A DNA stretch of 64,000 bases from Methanobacteriota archaeon. Its GTDB lineage: Archaea > Halobacteriota > Bog-38 > Methanoflorentales > Methanoflorentaceae. The translations under genes and the position numbers were made by a program. The notes under the pieces were generated by a model that saw nothing but the letters and a program-made list of their open reading frames with translations, was not told the DNA's origin and made no database searches. The stretch spans positions 448,001 to 512,000 of the forward strand of contig OY970393.1 of NCBI GenBank assembly GCA_963720465.1. The letters are read 5' to 3'. Positions 40,980-53,537 of this stretch are shown here, piece after piece (positions within the stretch are counted from its first letter, which is position 1; the number at the start of each line of letters is the position of its first letter).

Positions 40980-41013
40980 TTTAAGATCCGCAACACAGCA
41001 AAGGTGATAGTGA

Positions 41014-41340
41014 ATGGAATACGTATATGCAGCACTAATTTTGCACGCGACAGGCAAGGAAGTAACTGAAGAGGGCGTTACGAGCGTCCTCAACGCAGCA
41101 GGCGCGACAGTCAACGAGGCGAGGGCAAAGGCACTTATCGCGGCGCTTGAAGGCATAGATATCGAGGAGGCCATATCCACCGCGGCATTTGCAGGGGCGC
41201 CCGCAGCAGCTGCACCGGTGACCCCAGCGCCCGCCGAGAAGAAAGAAGAACCAGAAGCGGAAGAGGAAAAAGAGAAAGAGAAGGAGAAAGAGGAGGAAGA
41301 AGAAACAGGTATGGAAGGACTAGGGGCCCTGTTTGGGTAG
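41014..41340 (+). CDS. rpl12: Ribosomal stalk protein P1/L12
   Basis: [10 protein letters not shown], Ala/Glu-rich hinge, GLGALFG. Confidence 0.98.
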   Translation: MEYVYAALILHATGKEVTEEGVTSVLNAAGATVNEARAKALIAALEGIDIEEAISTAAFAGAPAAAAPVTPAPAEKKEEPEAEEEKEKEKEKEEEEETGMEGLGALFG

Positions 41341-41532
41341 TCCTTCTCCCCCTTTTACGACTGCCACCAAAAGTTGTGCTCGACTCGATCCATCGACGTT
41401 TCTGCACGAGCTCCTGAACTGAGGCGCTAGCTTTCCAGCCGGTGTGGCCCGCACGGCTGGAAGCTTTACGCGAACGCAACAGAGGTACGACGAGCACGTA
41501 AAGCAGGTCATCGTAATCGTCCGTTTCCGATC

Positions 41533-42243
41533 TTAACGTGATGACAGCTTTCGCGTAAGCTCTAGACAGTTCTGCGGTGCATATCCGTGGGCGTCATTGT
41601 TCCAATAGCCGAAGACATCTGCTTTTTTTGAAATCTCGCGGATTCGACGCGCCCAGTAGTCTATTTCTCTCGGCGAGTAACTATCGAGCTCCCCACCGCG
41701 AGCGTGCCACCTGATGTAAGCGAAATCCGCAAAACATTCCACATTGCTATCGAATTGTGCACCCAACATCGTCAGCGTCAGCTTTCGGCAGTCGCTAAAC
41801 CGTTGAAACACCTCGTCGTCAAACCACGAGTCGTGGCGAAACTCAAAGGCAAAACGGTATTCAGGAAGAATGGAAAGAAACTCATCGAAACGTTCCAGAT
41901 CCTTTCTAAACGTTGCTGAGAGCCCTATGAGAAACGGACCAAGCTTATCCTCGAGCACTGAACAAGTCTTCAAAAAGTCGCGCAGAGGTCTACGCACGTC
42001 GTGCAGCCGTTTTGTATGCGTGATATGGCGGTTCATTTTTATGGAGAACTTGAAGTCATCAGGCGTCGCGGCATACCAGTTCCTCAGCTGAGACTCTTTC
42101 GGAAACTGATAAAACGTCGAATTGACTTCAACAGAGTGAAAGAATCGGACGTATTGCTCCAAGTAGTTGCGAGGCGCGTCATAAAAGACGCCTCGCCAAT
42201 GATCGTAATGCCATCCGCTGCAGCCCAGATAGATCTCGTACGT
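41533..42243 (-). CDS. DUF72 family protein (probable ACG start)
   Basis: IYLGCSGW.Y..W.G.FY, VEVNSTFY, ITH.KRL, FEFRH.SW, YIRWH, NNDA.G.A..N. Confidence 0.92.
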   Translation of the reverse strand, partial: TYEIYLGCSGWHYDHWRGVFYDAPRNYLEQYVRFFHSVEVNSTFYQFPKESQLRNWYAATPDDFKFSIKMNRHITHTKRLHDVRRPLRDFLKTCSVLEDKLGPFLIGLSATFRKDLERFDEFLSILPEYRFAFEFRHDSWFDDEVFQRFSDCRKLTLTMLGAQFDSNVECFADFAYIRWHARGGELDSYSPREIDYWARRIREISKKADVFGYWNNDAHGYAPQNCLELTRKLSSR

Positions 42244-42354
42244 CTCTTTACCCTCCGCCTAGTGCTCGCGAGTCACAGCACTACATAGGGTCTAATCGCA
42301 CGGATAAAAGAATTGCTAAGGTTTAACTAATGAAGGGGCTATAGGAGTGCAAAG

Positions 42355-44493
42355 ATGGGACTGAAAGACGCAGACGAAAAAATCATTACAGACGCACTCG
42401 GTCGCCGGCCGAATGAAGTAGAGAGTGCAATATTCGAAAATCTGTGGTCAGAGCACTGCGCCTACCGGACAAGCAAGCTGCTCCTGCAAACAATGCCCAC
42501 AAGCGGCGACAACGTTATTGTGGGCCCCGGAGACGATGCTGCCATCATAAAGCTAAGCGATCACCTGACGCTTGCCATAGCGATGGAGAGCCACAATCAT
42601 CCATCGTACGTTGATCCGTACGACGGGGCCGCAACCGGCGTCGGCGGCATCGTACGTGATGTCATTTCAATGGGGGCCAAGCCGATTGCTCTGATGGATT
42701 GCCTCTACTTTGGCAATTTAGAGAATGAAAAAAACCGGTATCTATTCGAGCACGTTGTTCAAGGAATCGGCGATTACGGCAACTGCATAGGTGTGCCTGT
42801 TGTCAACGGTGAGGTCCTGTTTCATCCGAGTTACGATGGAAATCCGCTCGTCAACGTGGTCTGCATTGGACTAGGCCAGCATGATACGCTCGTTACCGGG
42901 CGCGTAAAAAAACCCGGCAGCAAAATCGTCCTCATGGGGTCTGCTACTGGCCGAGACGGTCTTGGCGGCGCATCCTTCGCCTCGAGAGATCTTAGTGAAG
43001 AATCTGAAGCGTCTGACAGGCCTTCCGTCCAGATTGGCGACCCGTACACTGAAAAACTCCTCATCGATGCAACGCTCGAAGCAGTCGCCACAGGCTATGT
43101 TTTCGCATGTCGCGATTTAGGGGCCGCAGGGTTGTCAGGGGCCTCAGCCGAAATGTGTTCAACGTTTGGAGGGCGAATTGTGCTCGATGCCGTTCCTTTG
43201 CGCGAAGCTGAGATGACGCCGGCGGAAATAATGGTCTCTGAGTCGCAGGAGCGGATGGTGCTCGAGGTCCCGCCGGAGCACATTCAGGAAATACTAGCTA
43301 TTGCCCGCAAGTATGACTTAAATGGCGCCGTAATCGGTGAAGTAATCGACGAACCTCGATACGTCGTAGAGTTCCACGGAAAGGAAGTCGCCGACATACC
43401 GATTAAGTTACTCACCGAAGAGGCGCCGTTATGCACACCTAAACGCCTAAAGGCGCAGTCGAACCTTGAACAGTCGCTAGCTCCAGACCTACCACTCAAA
43501 GAAAAGGCCCTTCGCGTGCTTTCGTCTCCAAACATCGCGACGAAGGAGTGGGTGTATCGACAATACGACCACGAAGTGCAAACGCGGACTATCGTCAAGC
43601 CAGGCAACGGGGCAGCAGTTCTCTCGATCGATGCCCAGCGAGGCATAGCGCTGTCCTCAGGCTGCAATCCTACACAAGTCGCCAAGGATCAATTTCAAGG
43701 CGCAGCAGCCACCGTTTTTGAAAATGCTATGAATCTGGCGGTGAAAGGGGCGAGGCCTGTCGCATTTGTCAATTGCCTCAACTTCGGCAACCCCGAAAAT
43801 GCGGACGTCTTTTCCCAGCTTGAACAAGCAGTGGCGGGGCTCTCTCACGCAGCTCACATCCTCGGCGTGCCAATCGTCGGCGGGAATGTTTCGCTCTATA
43901 ACGAAAGCGAGGAGTTCCACACAGCGATTATCCCCACTCCGTCAATCGGAATGGTGGGAATTGTCGACGACATCTCCACGGTCCCACCGGCAGTTTTCCA
44001 AGAAAAAGGAGATATCGCAATGATGATCGGCGAAACGTGTGCGGAATACGGGGGGTCAGAGTATGCTGAGATCTTTGAGATCGAAGGTGTTGTCCCACAA
44101 CCCCGCGAAACGATTAAAACGACTATCGACGCATTGGTAGAAGTTGTCGGGACCGGGAAGATCACGGCCGCCAGCGATATCTCGAGAGGGGGGCTTGTAG
44201 CTGCGCTCGGAAAAATGTGCAAACACGTCGGGGCCGAAGTGGATTTATCTCGCTGTTTAGACGATGAGAACGAACTGTTTTCGGAGAGCGCTGGCAGAGC
44301 GATTCTTACGGTGACCCCTGGAAGCCTTGACTCCGTTTCAGCCGCTCTCGAGACTCATGACGTCGCGTATGCCACGATTGGAATCGTCGGCGGAGGAGCA
44401 CTCTCTATCACAGTCGGCGACAATCAACTGACACTATCGTTAGAGACCATCGAGAGAAGCCTCACTACCCTTAGCGAAAGTATGATCGCTTAG
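42355..44493 (+). CDS. purL: Phosphoribosylformylglycinamidine synthase PurL
   Basis: [43 protein letters not shown]. Confidence 0.98.
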   Translation: MGLKDADEKIITDALGRRPNEVESAIFENLWSEHCAYRTSKLLLQTMPTSGDNVIVGPGDDAAIIKLSDHLTLAIAMESHNHPSYVDPYDGAATGVGGIVRDVISMGAKPIALMDCLYFGNLENEKNRYLFEHVVQGIGDYGNCIGVPVVNGEVLFHPSYDGNPLVNVVCIGLGQHDTLVTGRVKKPGSKIVLMGSATGRDGLGGASFASRDLSEESEASDRPSVQIGDPYTEKLLIDATLEAVATGYVFACRDLGAAGLSGASAEMCSTFGGRIVLDAVPLREAEMTPAEIMVSESQERMVLEVPPEHIQEILAIARKYDLNGAVIGEVIDEPRYVVEFHGKEVADIPIKLLTEEAPLCTPKRLKAQSNLEQSLAPDLPLKEKALRVLSSPNIATKEWVYRQYDHEVQTRTIVKPGNGAAVLSIDAQRGIALSSGCNPTQVAKDQFQGAAATVFENAMNLAVKGARPVAFVNCLNFGNPENADVFSQLEQAVAGLSHAAHILGVPIVGGNVSLYNESEEFHTAIIPTPSIGMVGIVDDISTVPPAVFQEKGDIAMMIGETCAEYGGSEYAEIFEIEGVVPQPRETIKTTIDALVEVVGTGKITAASDISRGGLVAALGKMCKHVGAEVDLSRCLDDENELFSESAGRAILTVTPGSLDSVSAALETHDVAYATIGIVGGGALSITVGDNQLTLSLETIERSLTTLSESMIA

Positions 44494-45522
44494 ATGAGCG
44501 GCGCAGCGTCAAAGCACATGTTGAGCGTGAACTTGGTGTATGGGACGTACGGCGAGAGTGGCATCCTCACCAGCATCAAGAACACACAGAAGATGTTAAG
44601 ACTACTCGAATCGGAAGGTGTGCGCTTCTACCAAAACTCAATAAGGATATGCGACGTCATGCACGCCCACACCTTCGGGCCCATCGCTCTTTTGTTAGCG
44701 CTGTTACATAAGGCGCGGCACAAAGCAGTGATAATACACGCCCATACGACGCCACAAGACGTCGCTAACAGTTACTTTGGCGCCAATTTCATCAGCGCCT
44801 GTCTAAAAGGATATCTGGGCTTCTTCTACAATCTCGGAGACGTTTGCATAGCGCCTTCCGCGTACACGAAAGAAGTCTTAAAAAGCACGCTCAACATCAA
44901 GCGCAGAATCGCGGTTCTCAGCAATGGGATTGATTTGAGCTTGTACGAGTGCGATGAAAAACACGCTGCGAAGTTTAAAGCGGAGCACGCTTTGGATGAC
45001 CGCCCACTGGTTCTCTCAATTGGTCTAGTTTTTGTGCGAAAAGGCATCAGTGACTTCGTAGACGCCGCTAAGAAGCTGCCGCGTTTCCGGTTCGTATGGG
45101 TGGGAAGAATTCTAGCGTGGCCATTTTTGCCCAAAGCGGCTAAAAATGTGCTCGAAGCGGTCCCCGAAAACGTGCTCTTCGCGGGCCGAGTGAACAGCAT
45201 TTGCGAGGCCCTGAGTGCGGCGGACGTATTCGTTTTTCCCAGCTACGAGGAGAATCAAGGGATTGCCGCTCTTGAGGCGGCTGCTTGTGGTGTGCCCCTT
45301 ATCTTGCGAGACCTGCCCGCGTACAGCGATTTTGTCGACGGGCACAACTGCGTCAAATTCACAACAGCCAAAGAATTCAGGAGCGCGATCAACGAGGTTA
45401 TCACAAATCAGGCGAACGCAAGGAGGCTCGGAGAGAACGCACGTAAAACTGTTCAGAACCACGACGTCCATGTCGTGAGCAAAAAGTTACTTCAAGTCTA
45501 CCTCACCGCAAAACGGGACTAA
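44494..45522 (+). CDS. GT4 glycosyltransferase
   Basis: HAHTT, SNGID, RKG..DF, FPSYEENQGIA.LEA. Confidence 0.92.
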   Translation: MSGAASKHMLSVNLVYGTYGESGILTSIKNTQKMLRLLESEGVRFYQNSIRICDVMHAHTFGPIALLLALLHKARHKAVIIHAHTTPQDVANSYFGANFISACLKGYLGFFYNLGDVCIAPSAYTKEVLKSTLNIKRRIAVLSNGIDLSLYECDEKHAAKFKAEHALDDRPLVLSIGLVFVRKGISDFVDAAKKLPRFRFVWVGRILAWPFLPKAAKNVLEAVPENVLFAGRVNSICEALSAADVFVFPSYEENQGIAALEAAACGVPLILRDLPAYSDFVDGHNCVKFTTAKEFRSAINEVITNQANARRLGENARKTVQNHDVHVVSKKLLQVYLTAKRD

Positions 45523-45613
45523 TTCTGCACACTTTTGCAGTGCAGCGCCAAAAGGAAAGCTATATAGACCAAATACCTACTACTAATCGTGTTAAAAAAG
45601 CGAGGAATCCGAA

Positions 45614-46783
45614 TTGCACGTAGGCGAAGCTTTGATCGGCACCGATCCTGAACTGGCCCATATTGACCTCTTGGTAGGGGATAAAAATGGCCCAGTGGGG
45701 CAAGCATTTGCTAGTGGATTAACGCATCTCTCCCAGGGGCATACCCCTCTTCTGGCTGTAATTAGGCCTAATTTGCTCACAAAGCCTGCAACGCTCATCG
45801 TCCCCAAAGTAACGATACAAGACTTAGAACAAGCAGCGCGGGTCTTCGGCCCCGCTCAAGCCGCAGTTGCGAAAGCAGTCGCAGACGCCGTGGAAGACGG
45901 GGTCATTGCAAAGGAAGCGTGTGAGCAGTGCGTGCTAGTCATATCCGTATACGTTCACCCCGACGCAAGAGATTACGAGAAGATCTACCGCTACAACTAC
46001 GGTGCTACGAAACTAGCGCTGAGAAGAGCGTTGAGCGACTTCCCATCTGTGGACAAGGTGCTGTATGAAAAAGATCGATCGCTCCACCCGGTCATGGGCT
46101 TCAAAGTCACTCGGCTTTGGGATCCGCCGTACCTTCAAGTGGCATTCGACTTGACAGAGTTGAGCTCTGTGCTCACCGTTTTAGACCAGCTTCCAACAAG
46201 CGACCATATCATCCTTGAAGCGGGCACGCCTCTTATCAAACGTTATGGTTTGGGAGTCATTCAAGAGATGCGAAAGGCGCGACCGAGCGCCTTCATCGTA
46301 GCCGACCTCAAAACTCTCGATACCGGAAACCTCGAAGCGCGCTTGGCTGCAGACGAGGCGGCTGACGCCGTTGTGGTCTCTGGACTGGCCTCCGCGTCAA
46401 CCATAGACAAAGCAATAGAAGAGGCAAATAAGACCGGGATCTACGTTATTGTGGACATGTTAAACGTTGATAGGCCGGAAAGCGTCCTAAAGGCGCTCAA
46501 AAATAAGCCAGATATCGTAGAACTCCACAGGGCAATCGACACCGAGGACTTAGCACACGCGTGGGGGAACATCTCTCTCGTAAAGAAGTACGCCAAGCTG
46601 GTTGCAGTGGCGGGAGGGATACGACAAGGTAATATCGAGGAGGCTCTAAAGTCCGGTGCCAACATCCTGGTCGTAGGCCGCGCTATTACAGCCGCGCGAG
46701 ATGTAGAAGGCGCTGCGCGAGTGTTTCTCGAAGGATTGAAACAGAGCGATATCGATCAGTACCGGGTAAAGACTGACTTCTAG
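45614..46783 (+). CDS. fae-hps: Bifunctional formaldehyde-activating enzyme / 3-hexulose-6-phosphate synthase
   Basis: GEAL.G...[28 protein letters not shown]; then [25 protein letters not shown]. Confidence 0.96.
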   Translation: MHVGEALIGTDPELAHIDLLVGDKNGPVGQAFASGLTHLSQGHTPLLAVIRPNLLTKPATLIVPKVTIQDLEQAARVFGPAQAAVAKAVADAVEDGVIAKEACEQCVLVISVYVHPDARDYEKIYRYNYGATKLALRRALSDFPSVDKVLYEKDRSLHPVMGFKVTRLWDPPYLQVAFDLTELSSVLTVLDQLPTSDHIILEAGTPLIKRYGLGVIQEMRKARPSAFIVADLKTLDTGNLEARLAADEAADAVVVSGLASASTIDKAIEEANKTGIYVIVDMLNVDRPESVLKALKNKPDIVELHRAIDTEDLAHAWGNISLVKKYAKLVAVAGGIRQGNIEEALKSGANILVVGRAITAARDVEGAARVFLEGLKQSDIDQYRVKTDF

Positions 46784-46947
46784 GCTAAGCGACGCCGCAT
46801 TTGTCACGAAGTCCGGGTCTGAACGTTAATTGGCCAGGTTCGGATCTTTTCAGATCATTCACACGTAAATGTGCGCCCTCTAAGAATGCTGCCCGCCCAA
46901 GATCTATTTGCTTGTAGCCCCGCAATTCCCCACGATGAACATGTTGA

Positions 46948-48316
<1,369 letters not shown>

Positions 48317-48353
48317 TACGGCTTTATATAGCATTAGCCCCCAAAAAAAAGCA

Positions 48354-48923
48354 ATGGCCGCGAATGAGCTTGCTGGCGTCTTCTTACACAAAATGCCCAC
48401 GTCGCTGCTGCTCACGATCCGAACGTACGATCGAACCTACGTATCGGTTCTGGCTAAGGAATGCAACTGCACGTATCCGCACGCCGTAAAAACGCTTTGG
48501 GGCATGGAGAAGCTTGGCTTGCTACGATCAGAGAAAGTCGGCAGGGTCAAGTACGTGGAACTCACCGATCACGGCAGAATTGTCGCCGATTCACTCAATG
48601 ATCTGGTGCTTAGTCTCGGCGTTAACGAAGCGCCGATGAAGAACGACGCGGCGCACATAAATCAAAAGATTAACAACGTAATCCGTAAAGTCGAAGCGAT
48701 TCAAAAAGATCTTGATGCAGGAAATGATATTAGCCAAGATGAGGCTATTCACTTTAACAGGAGACTCGGGCCTTATTATCGCGAACTCAACTCGATCCGG
48801 CTTCTTTTGGAAACACAACCACACAGCCCTCTTCGTCCGAAAGTTGACGCGCTGGGAAGAACGCTTAACAAGGTAAAAAGAGAAATCGAGACGAAACGGA
48901 TGCCACAAGCGACCGCTACCTAA
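48354..48923 (+). CDS. Winged-HTH transcription regulator with a helical C-terminus
   Basis: YVS.LAKE.NCTY.H.VK, K.GRVK.V.LT..G. Confidence 0.85.
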   Translation: MAANELAGVFLHKMPTSLLLTIRTYDRTYVSVLAKECNCTYPHAVKTLWGMEKLGLLRSEKVGRVKYVELTDHGRIVADSLNDLVLSLGVNEAPMKNDAAHINQKINNVIRKVEAIQKDLDAGNDISQDEAIHFNRRLGPYYRELNSIRLLLETQPHSPLRPKVDALGRTLNKVKREIETKRMPQATAT

Positions 48924-49878
48924 CAGGATAAAAGTCTTTCACGCGTGTCGTGTCTTCTAGAAATGGCGTGGAAGCTTCATACAGAACCGTGTCCGTACTT
49001 GCGACGATGGTGTGCTTTTCGTAAGGTTTTATGTGGATCGTGTCTCCCACTTCGAAGTACTCTCTACGATCGTCAAATTTAATATAGCCGGTGCCCCGCA
49101 CGATGAGCATGGTCTCGTCTTTGTTTTTATGGTAGTGATATGACGATTGGTAGCCTTCGCGAATATATAGCTCTTTGAGCAAGTAGAGCTCAGTAATTAT
49201 CTGAACCTTCTCATATCCCCACGGCTTTGCCGTTTTATTGTGAAACTCTGCGAGAATCCTTTTTTTCCCGTCTTCAGTGTAAAAAGTGCCCCAGAAGTTC
49301 GCCTCTTCGTACACGTCAAGCTGCCCGAGATCCTCCAGCAGAGGAAGCACCTCTTCTAGTTCGTCTCCGAGCACAAATTGACCGAAATCATACCCTTTTC
49401 GGACACAGAAGATCCCACCATAAACCGCACGAGACTCCCAGTCAAACAAAGCTTCAGACACCGGGTTAGTGGAGCCGTGCGACTCTGCGCCAGTAGCAGC
49501 ATAGATGAGTACAAGTGCCGTCGTGTGACTGAACTTCATAATCATCTTTTTTAAGTTGATGTCAGTAACAATGCCGCAATCCATAACGAGGACATCGTCA
49601 TCCATCTTGCCGAGTGCGGATGCAATGTTTTTGAACGTCCTGGTGGCCTGCTCGTAGCTGAGTTTGACGCCCTTGCGCTCGCTTCCGAGTGCATCCTGCA
49701 ACGAGGAAAAAGAAACGCTGGTCAGAAGAACTGCTTCGCGTAGTCCAATAGTGGCGAGGTCGAGCAGCAGCTTGTCGATTACCGCAAATCCCTCTTTCAA
49801 AGAAATTAGCGCGTTTGAGCTACCCTCGTAGACGCTTTGCTTTTTTCCGTACCCGTCACACAAGATCAGTGCTTTCAT
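48916..49878 (-). CDS. NTP-transferase-like plus cupin (mannose-6-P isomerase-like) fusion
   Basis: MKALILC.GYGK N-terminus; KPWGYE, SYHYH..KDET cupin. Confidence 0.85.
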   Translation of the reverse strand: MKALILCDGYGKKQSVYEGSSNALISLKEGFAVIDKLLLDLATIGLREAVLLTSVSFSSLQDALGSERKGVKLSYEQATRTFKNIASALGKMDDDVLVMDCGIVTDINLKKMIMKFSHTTALVLIYAATGAESHGSTNPVSEALFDWESRAVYGGIFCVRKGYDFGQFVLGDELEEVLPLLEDLGQLDVYEEANFWGTFYTEDGKKRILAEFHNKTAKPWGYEKVQIITELYLLKELYIREGYQSSYHYHKNKDETMLIVRGTGYIKFDDRREYFEVGDTIHIKPYEKHTIVASTDTVLYEASTPFLEDTTRVKDFYPVR

Positions 49879-50055
49879 AACAAACCCACTAGAGTGATGG
49901 GCAATGATGTATATGGCTTTTTTTGGCGACCTCAGGCTTTTGCGCCCCGCTTCTTTTAGTAGCTAACCGAAATTTTATTAAGGAGCTGCCTAAATACGCA
50001 CTGTGAACCTAAAAATGGCGTCTGCACTCGGTCATTTGTCATGGAGAAGCGGTAA

Positions 50056-51231
50056 ATGAACATAGTCATGGTAACAAGCTGGTCTCCGCGACACTGCGGC
50101 ATCGCTACCTACAGCTCGGAACTCGTCGGCGCCTTGCGAAAGAATGGCCACCACGTAGACATAATTTGTCACACAGACGAGGACTATGGCGGACATCGCG
50201 AGGAGGGCGTTTATCCCGTTATCGACACCAACGACCCCGGATGGGACGAAAAAGTTCATGCCACACTGGAGCAAATCAAGCCGGATGTGGTCCATATACA
50301 GCACGAGTATGGACTTTATTTAACGCACGGCGACTACGGAGGCCGAATCCTTCCGCTCCTTTTTCGATTCAAGTTGGAGAAGATCCCCTCGGTGATGACC
50401 TATCACTCCATCTATACATCTCTTGATCGCCCCGAGGCAATATTTACGGACGTTAGTCTGCGATTGCTAGACTCTGCAATCGTCCACGCCGAAGTTCAAA
50501 AGCTATTTCTGCCCTACAATCTTGACTGGATCCCGCACAACGTGCACGTCATATCGCACGGCGCCAAAGAAGTAGTACCCGATCCTCTTGCAAAACAACG
50601 CTTCGGTCTTGCTGGCAAGAAGGTCGCACTTTGTATAGGATGGTTTGAACCAAACAAACGGTTCGAGGACGTAATCGAGATTTGGCCGGAAGTCATTCGC
50701 GAAGCGGGCACGGCTGCGATACTACTGATCGCTGGCGACGCTCGACCAGGTTCGATTACAGGAATCAAGTACAAAGAACAATTACTGCGCAAAATTGAAG
50801 AGTCCCCCGCAAAAGACAACATCAGGACGATACTAGGCGCTTTTGACCCTGATACCTACGATAGCATTATTTCGGCATCAGATTTCGTCGTCCTCCCTTA
50901 CAAGCACGCATCACAAAGCGGCAATCTCGCACACTCTTTTGCACTCAACAAACCCGCTATCGTCTCGTCACTTGAGGGCCTGAAGGCAGAGATTGAGGCG
51001 AGTGGTGCGGGAATAGCAGTTCCAGTAGACGATCTTGACGAACTGCGAAAAGCCATCACAATACTGCTAACAAGCGACTTAATGCTCGAAACGTACAGCG
51101 AACACGCACAAGGCTATGTGGCAAACCATATCGTCTGGGAGAACGTCGCTCGGAAGCACACGCTAGTGTACGAGAACGCAATTGACCGCGTGACGTACGG
51201 GACAAAGGTGCGAGTCAATCAGACTATCTAG
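50056..51231 (+). CDS. GT4 glycosyltransferase (PR.CGIAT subfamily)
   Basis: PRHCGIATY, IQHEYGLY, ISHG, VLPY, SQSG. Confidence 0.92.
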   Translation: MNIVMVTSWSPRHCGIATYSSELVGALRKNGHHVDIICHTDEDYGGHREEGVYPVIDTNDPGWDEKVHATLEQIKPDVVHIQHEYGLYLTHGDYGGRILPLLFRFKLEKIPSVMTYHSIYTSLDRPEAIFTDVSLRLLDSAIVHAEVQKLFLPYNLDWIPHNVHVISHGAKEVVPDPLAKQRFGLAGKKVALCIGWFEPNKRFEDVIEIWPEVIREAGTAAILLIAGDARPGSITGIKYKEQLLRKIEESPAKDNIRTILGAFDPDTYDSIISASDFVVLPYKHASQSGNLAHSFALNKPAIVSSLEGLKAEIEASGAGIAVPVDDLDELRKAITILLTSDLMLETYSEHAQGYVANHIVWENVARKHTLVYENAIDRVTYGTKVRVNQTI

Positions 51232-51305
51232 ACCGTTTCTCAGGTTACGGCGGAGAAGAAAGGCTGGCAGATCCAACTCGCAAGTTTTGGGAGGCACCAA
51301 TCGAA

Positions 51306-52022
51306 TTGGTCAACGTCAAAGAGTACATTTCCGCTCCAGTTATCCCTTTACACCCAAATGCCACGGTTGCTGAAGCGTTGGCTCTCATTGCAAAAACCGG
51401 CCACCAAGGTTTTCCCGTCGTCTCAGATGGGAAACTAGTAGGCATGGTCACGAGCGCGGATCTCATTCTGGCGAAGCACCGTCAGAAAATTGCGGCGCTT
51501 ATGACGACGAACCTGGTGTCCGCAAGACCGGATGATGATATTGTCAGCGTTGCCGGCGTGATGGCCTATAACCACATTCACCATCTGCCCATCATCGAGG
51601 ACGAGCGCGTCATCGGAATCGTCACGGCTACGGACATGCTGCGCGCGAGCATCGAGAACATCATTTCTGAGAATGTAGAGCGTATTTTCACGTTTTTTCA
51701 AACGCTGCACCCGTGTGTCAGGATAGGGCATACGCGAGTGGGGGTTGAATCTCTGATCCCGACTCAAAAACTCTTGGATCCCGGAGAGCTGCTGCTCCGG
51801 GAACAGCAGTTCGAACGCGGCGTAGTGTACCCCATTGTAGTAGCAAAAAAGGGTCGCTGCTACCACATCGTAGACGGGCATCACCGGGCATTTCTCGCTC
51901 ACAAGCATGGGATGAAAGAGATCCCAGCTTTCTACATAGAAGGGGAACTAGGCATTGTGAAATCGTCTGAAAAGCTCGGATTAAAATCCTTAGACGACAT
52001 GATTGTCATCAATGGGGAGTAA
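51306..52022 (+). CDS. CBS-pair plus ParB/Srx-like domain protein
   Basis: GFPVV, LPII CBS pair; LIPTQ...PIVV...IVDGHHRA. Confidence 0.9.
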   Translation: MVNVKEYISAPVIPLHPNATVAEALALIAKTGHQGFPVVSDGKLVGMVTSADLILAKHRQKIAALMTTNLVSARPDDDIVSVAGVMAYNHIHHLPIIEDERVIGIVTATDMLRASIENIISENVERIFTFFQTLHPCVRIGHTRVGVESLIPTQKLLDPGELLLREQQFERGVVYPIVVAKKGRCYHIVDGHHRAFLAHKHGMKEIPAFYIEGELGIVKSSEKLGLKSLDDMIVINGE

Positions 52023-52023
52023 C

Positions 52024-53058
52024 CTATCCGAAGTACTCTTTCAAGTCAGACGCCACTTTTTCGGGCATAGACTCGACGATTACTTCTTCGTGAAGCCGTT
52101 CCATGTAGCCTGCGTCATTGTTGTAGTAGCTTTGGGGGTATGGCCGTGCAATAATCCTGACGATAAGCCTGAAGCTCTCGTCTTCACTTGACGCCGAGAA
52201 TGTGCTCAGATTGAAGCTGTGAACGCCGTACAAGGTATAAGCTGTAAAAACCCGTTTGAGTCCCTTGCTCAAGTCTGAGATACTGATGTCGTCAAGGCCG
52301 TACAGCGATGAGACATCGTGGAATACCCCACATATTTCATCATTGCCGAGGGGCACATAGCTAGTTATCCAAGAAACGCCTCCAATCTCTCCAAGAAACC
52401 GTTCACCTTCTGCTTTTTCAATTTCAAGCAGGTGCATCCAATAATTCTCTTTGTGTTTTGCATAATATCTTTTGCAGGCTGATAGGTACAACCAGGCGAG
52501 GTTAGTGGGCCGCTCGTCTACAGTGAGTTGGACGTGAGGATGAATCACGCTCGCACCAGCAGGCGGCAAGAAATTCCAACTAAAAATTGGATACACGGCT
52601 TTCTGGTCCTTTGATCTGACGCAGCTGAAGTACTTGACGCTTGCTTTGACTGTATCCTGTATCTGCTTTAAGGTGAATTCATCAATCCCAAGGAAATGCT
52701 CCCGTGAGACCGTCGCGACCGCGTGATACTTCGCAAAAGGGAATAGATTAGGGAATACGGTCGTCTCTCCAACTTTGATTCTGCCTTCGGGCACTAGATT
52801 CGACGGGAACATTGGCGTCGCCGTCTTAATGTTAGCGGGACAGAAGTAGCAGTTCTTCGCAGAGAGCTCAATCAACTCAGAGTATCCCATGCCGGTTTGC
52901 GCTTGTTTCTTTCTCTCAGATCGCTTGACGTTAATTCGACACGCGCGGCCGGTGAGAAGCTCTTTTCGGTACTCAATTTCTTGCGTCTCTAAGTTAAAAT
53001 CCTCGGTCGGATTCCGCAGCTCTGACTCGATCGACCGCTTAGAGAATAGGTCTCGCAG
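52024..53058 (-). CDS. galT: Galactose-1-phosphate uridylyltransferase-like (GalT/HIT) protein (probable CTG start)
   Basis: IEYR.ELLTG...RI...R..R, CYFCP, FPNLFPF, N..PPAGASVIHPHVQ. Confidence 0.9.
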   Translation of the reverse strand: MRDLFSKRSIESELRNPTEDFNLETQEIEYRKELLTGRACRINVKRSERKKQAQTGMGYSELIELSAKNCYFCPANIKTATPMFPSNLVPEGRIKVGETTVFPNLFPFAKYHAVATVSREHFLGIDEFTLKQIQDTVKASVKYFSCVRSKDQKAVYPIFSWNFLPPAGASVIHPHVQLTVDERPTNLAWLYLSACKRYYAKHKENYWMHLLEIEKAEGERFLGEIGGVSWITSYVPLGNDEICGVFHDVSSLYGLDDISISDLSKGLKRVFTAYTLYGVHSFNLSTFSASSEDESFRLIVRIIARPYPQSYYNNDAGYMERLHEEVIVESMPEKVASDLKEYFG

Positions 53059-53537
53059 ATTGATGACCTCCGTACGTTTTGATACTCATACCTCGGCTTG
53101 TCAACAATTAACGCTTGTAAGCTTGACAAGCATATAAACCTTTTTAAGCGATTGCCACCACGACATTTTTGGTGGCTTGTTCTATCCGTCTCGGACACCC
53201 GATTGCTTTGCAGTGTGGGGCTCGAACGAAGCCGCCCTCAGCGGTCCTATGTTGCGTTTTCAAAGCTTTGCACTTCTCACCACGACAGTAAGCAGAGCGC
53301 TCGGCAATTAGGCTTGACCGCCACAGGGGCGTTGTTGCCTAGCATCGGGATCACTATAAAGCATTACAGTTAAGAACCTGGCACTTCATACTCGGACCTC
53401 AGAGCGGGCTAACTCGCGACGCGGCTGCGATGCCCGATTGCTATAGCTAGTTATAGTCAGCGAACAAGGAGTGCAGAACGAAAAAAGTCAGCAACGGTAC
53501 ACACGCGACTTGACGGAAAGAATGATAGGTGCGCAAT

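Noticed and set aside
40945-41340. Shared [10 protein letters not shown]-coding sequence at the ends of rpl10 and rpl12 as a novel repeat
   Set aside because: This is the known common C-terminus of archaeal stalk proteins.
44491-44496. purL TAG directly followed by an in-frame ATG as pyrrolysine read-through fusion
   Set aside because: Both proteins are complete and unrelated, and no pyl genes are in the window; translational coupling suffices.
53100-53520. Long galT-serS intergenic region as an ncRNA or riboswitch
   Set aside because: Only promoter-like TATA boxes were seen, with no convincing structure or known motif.
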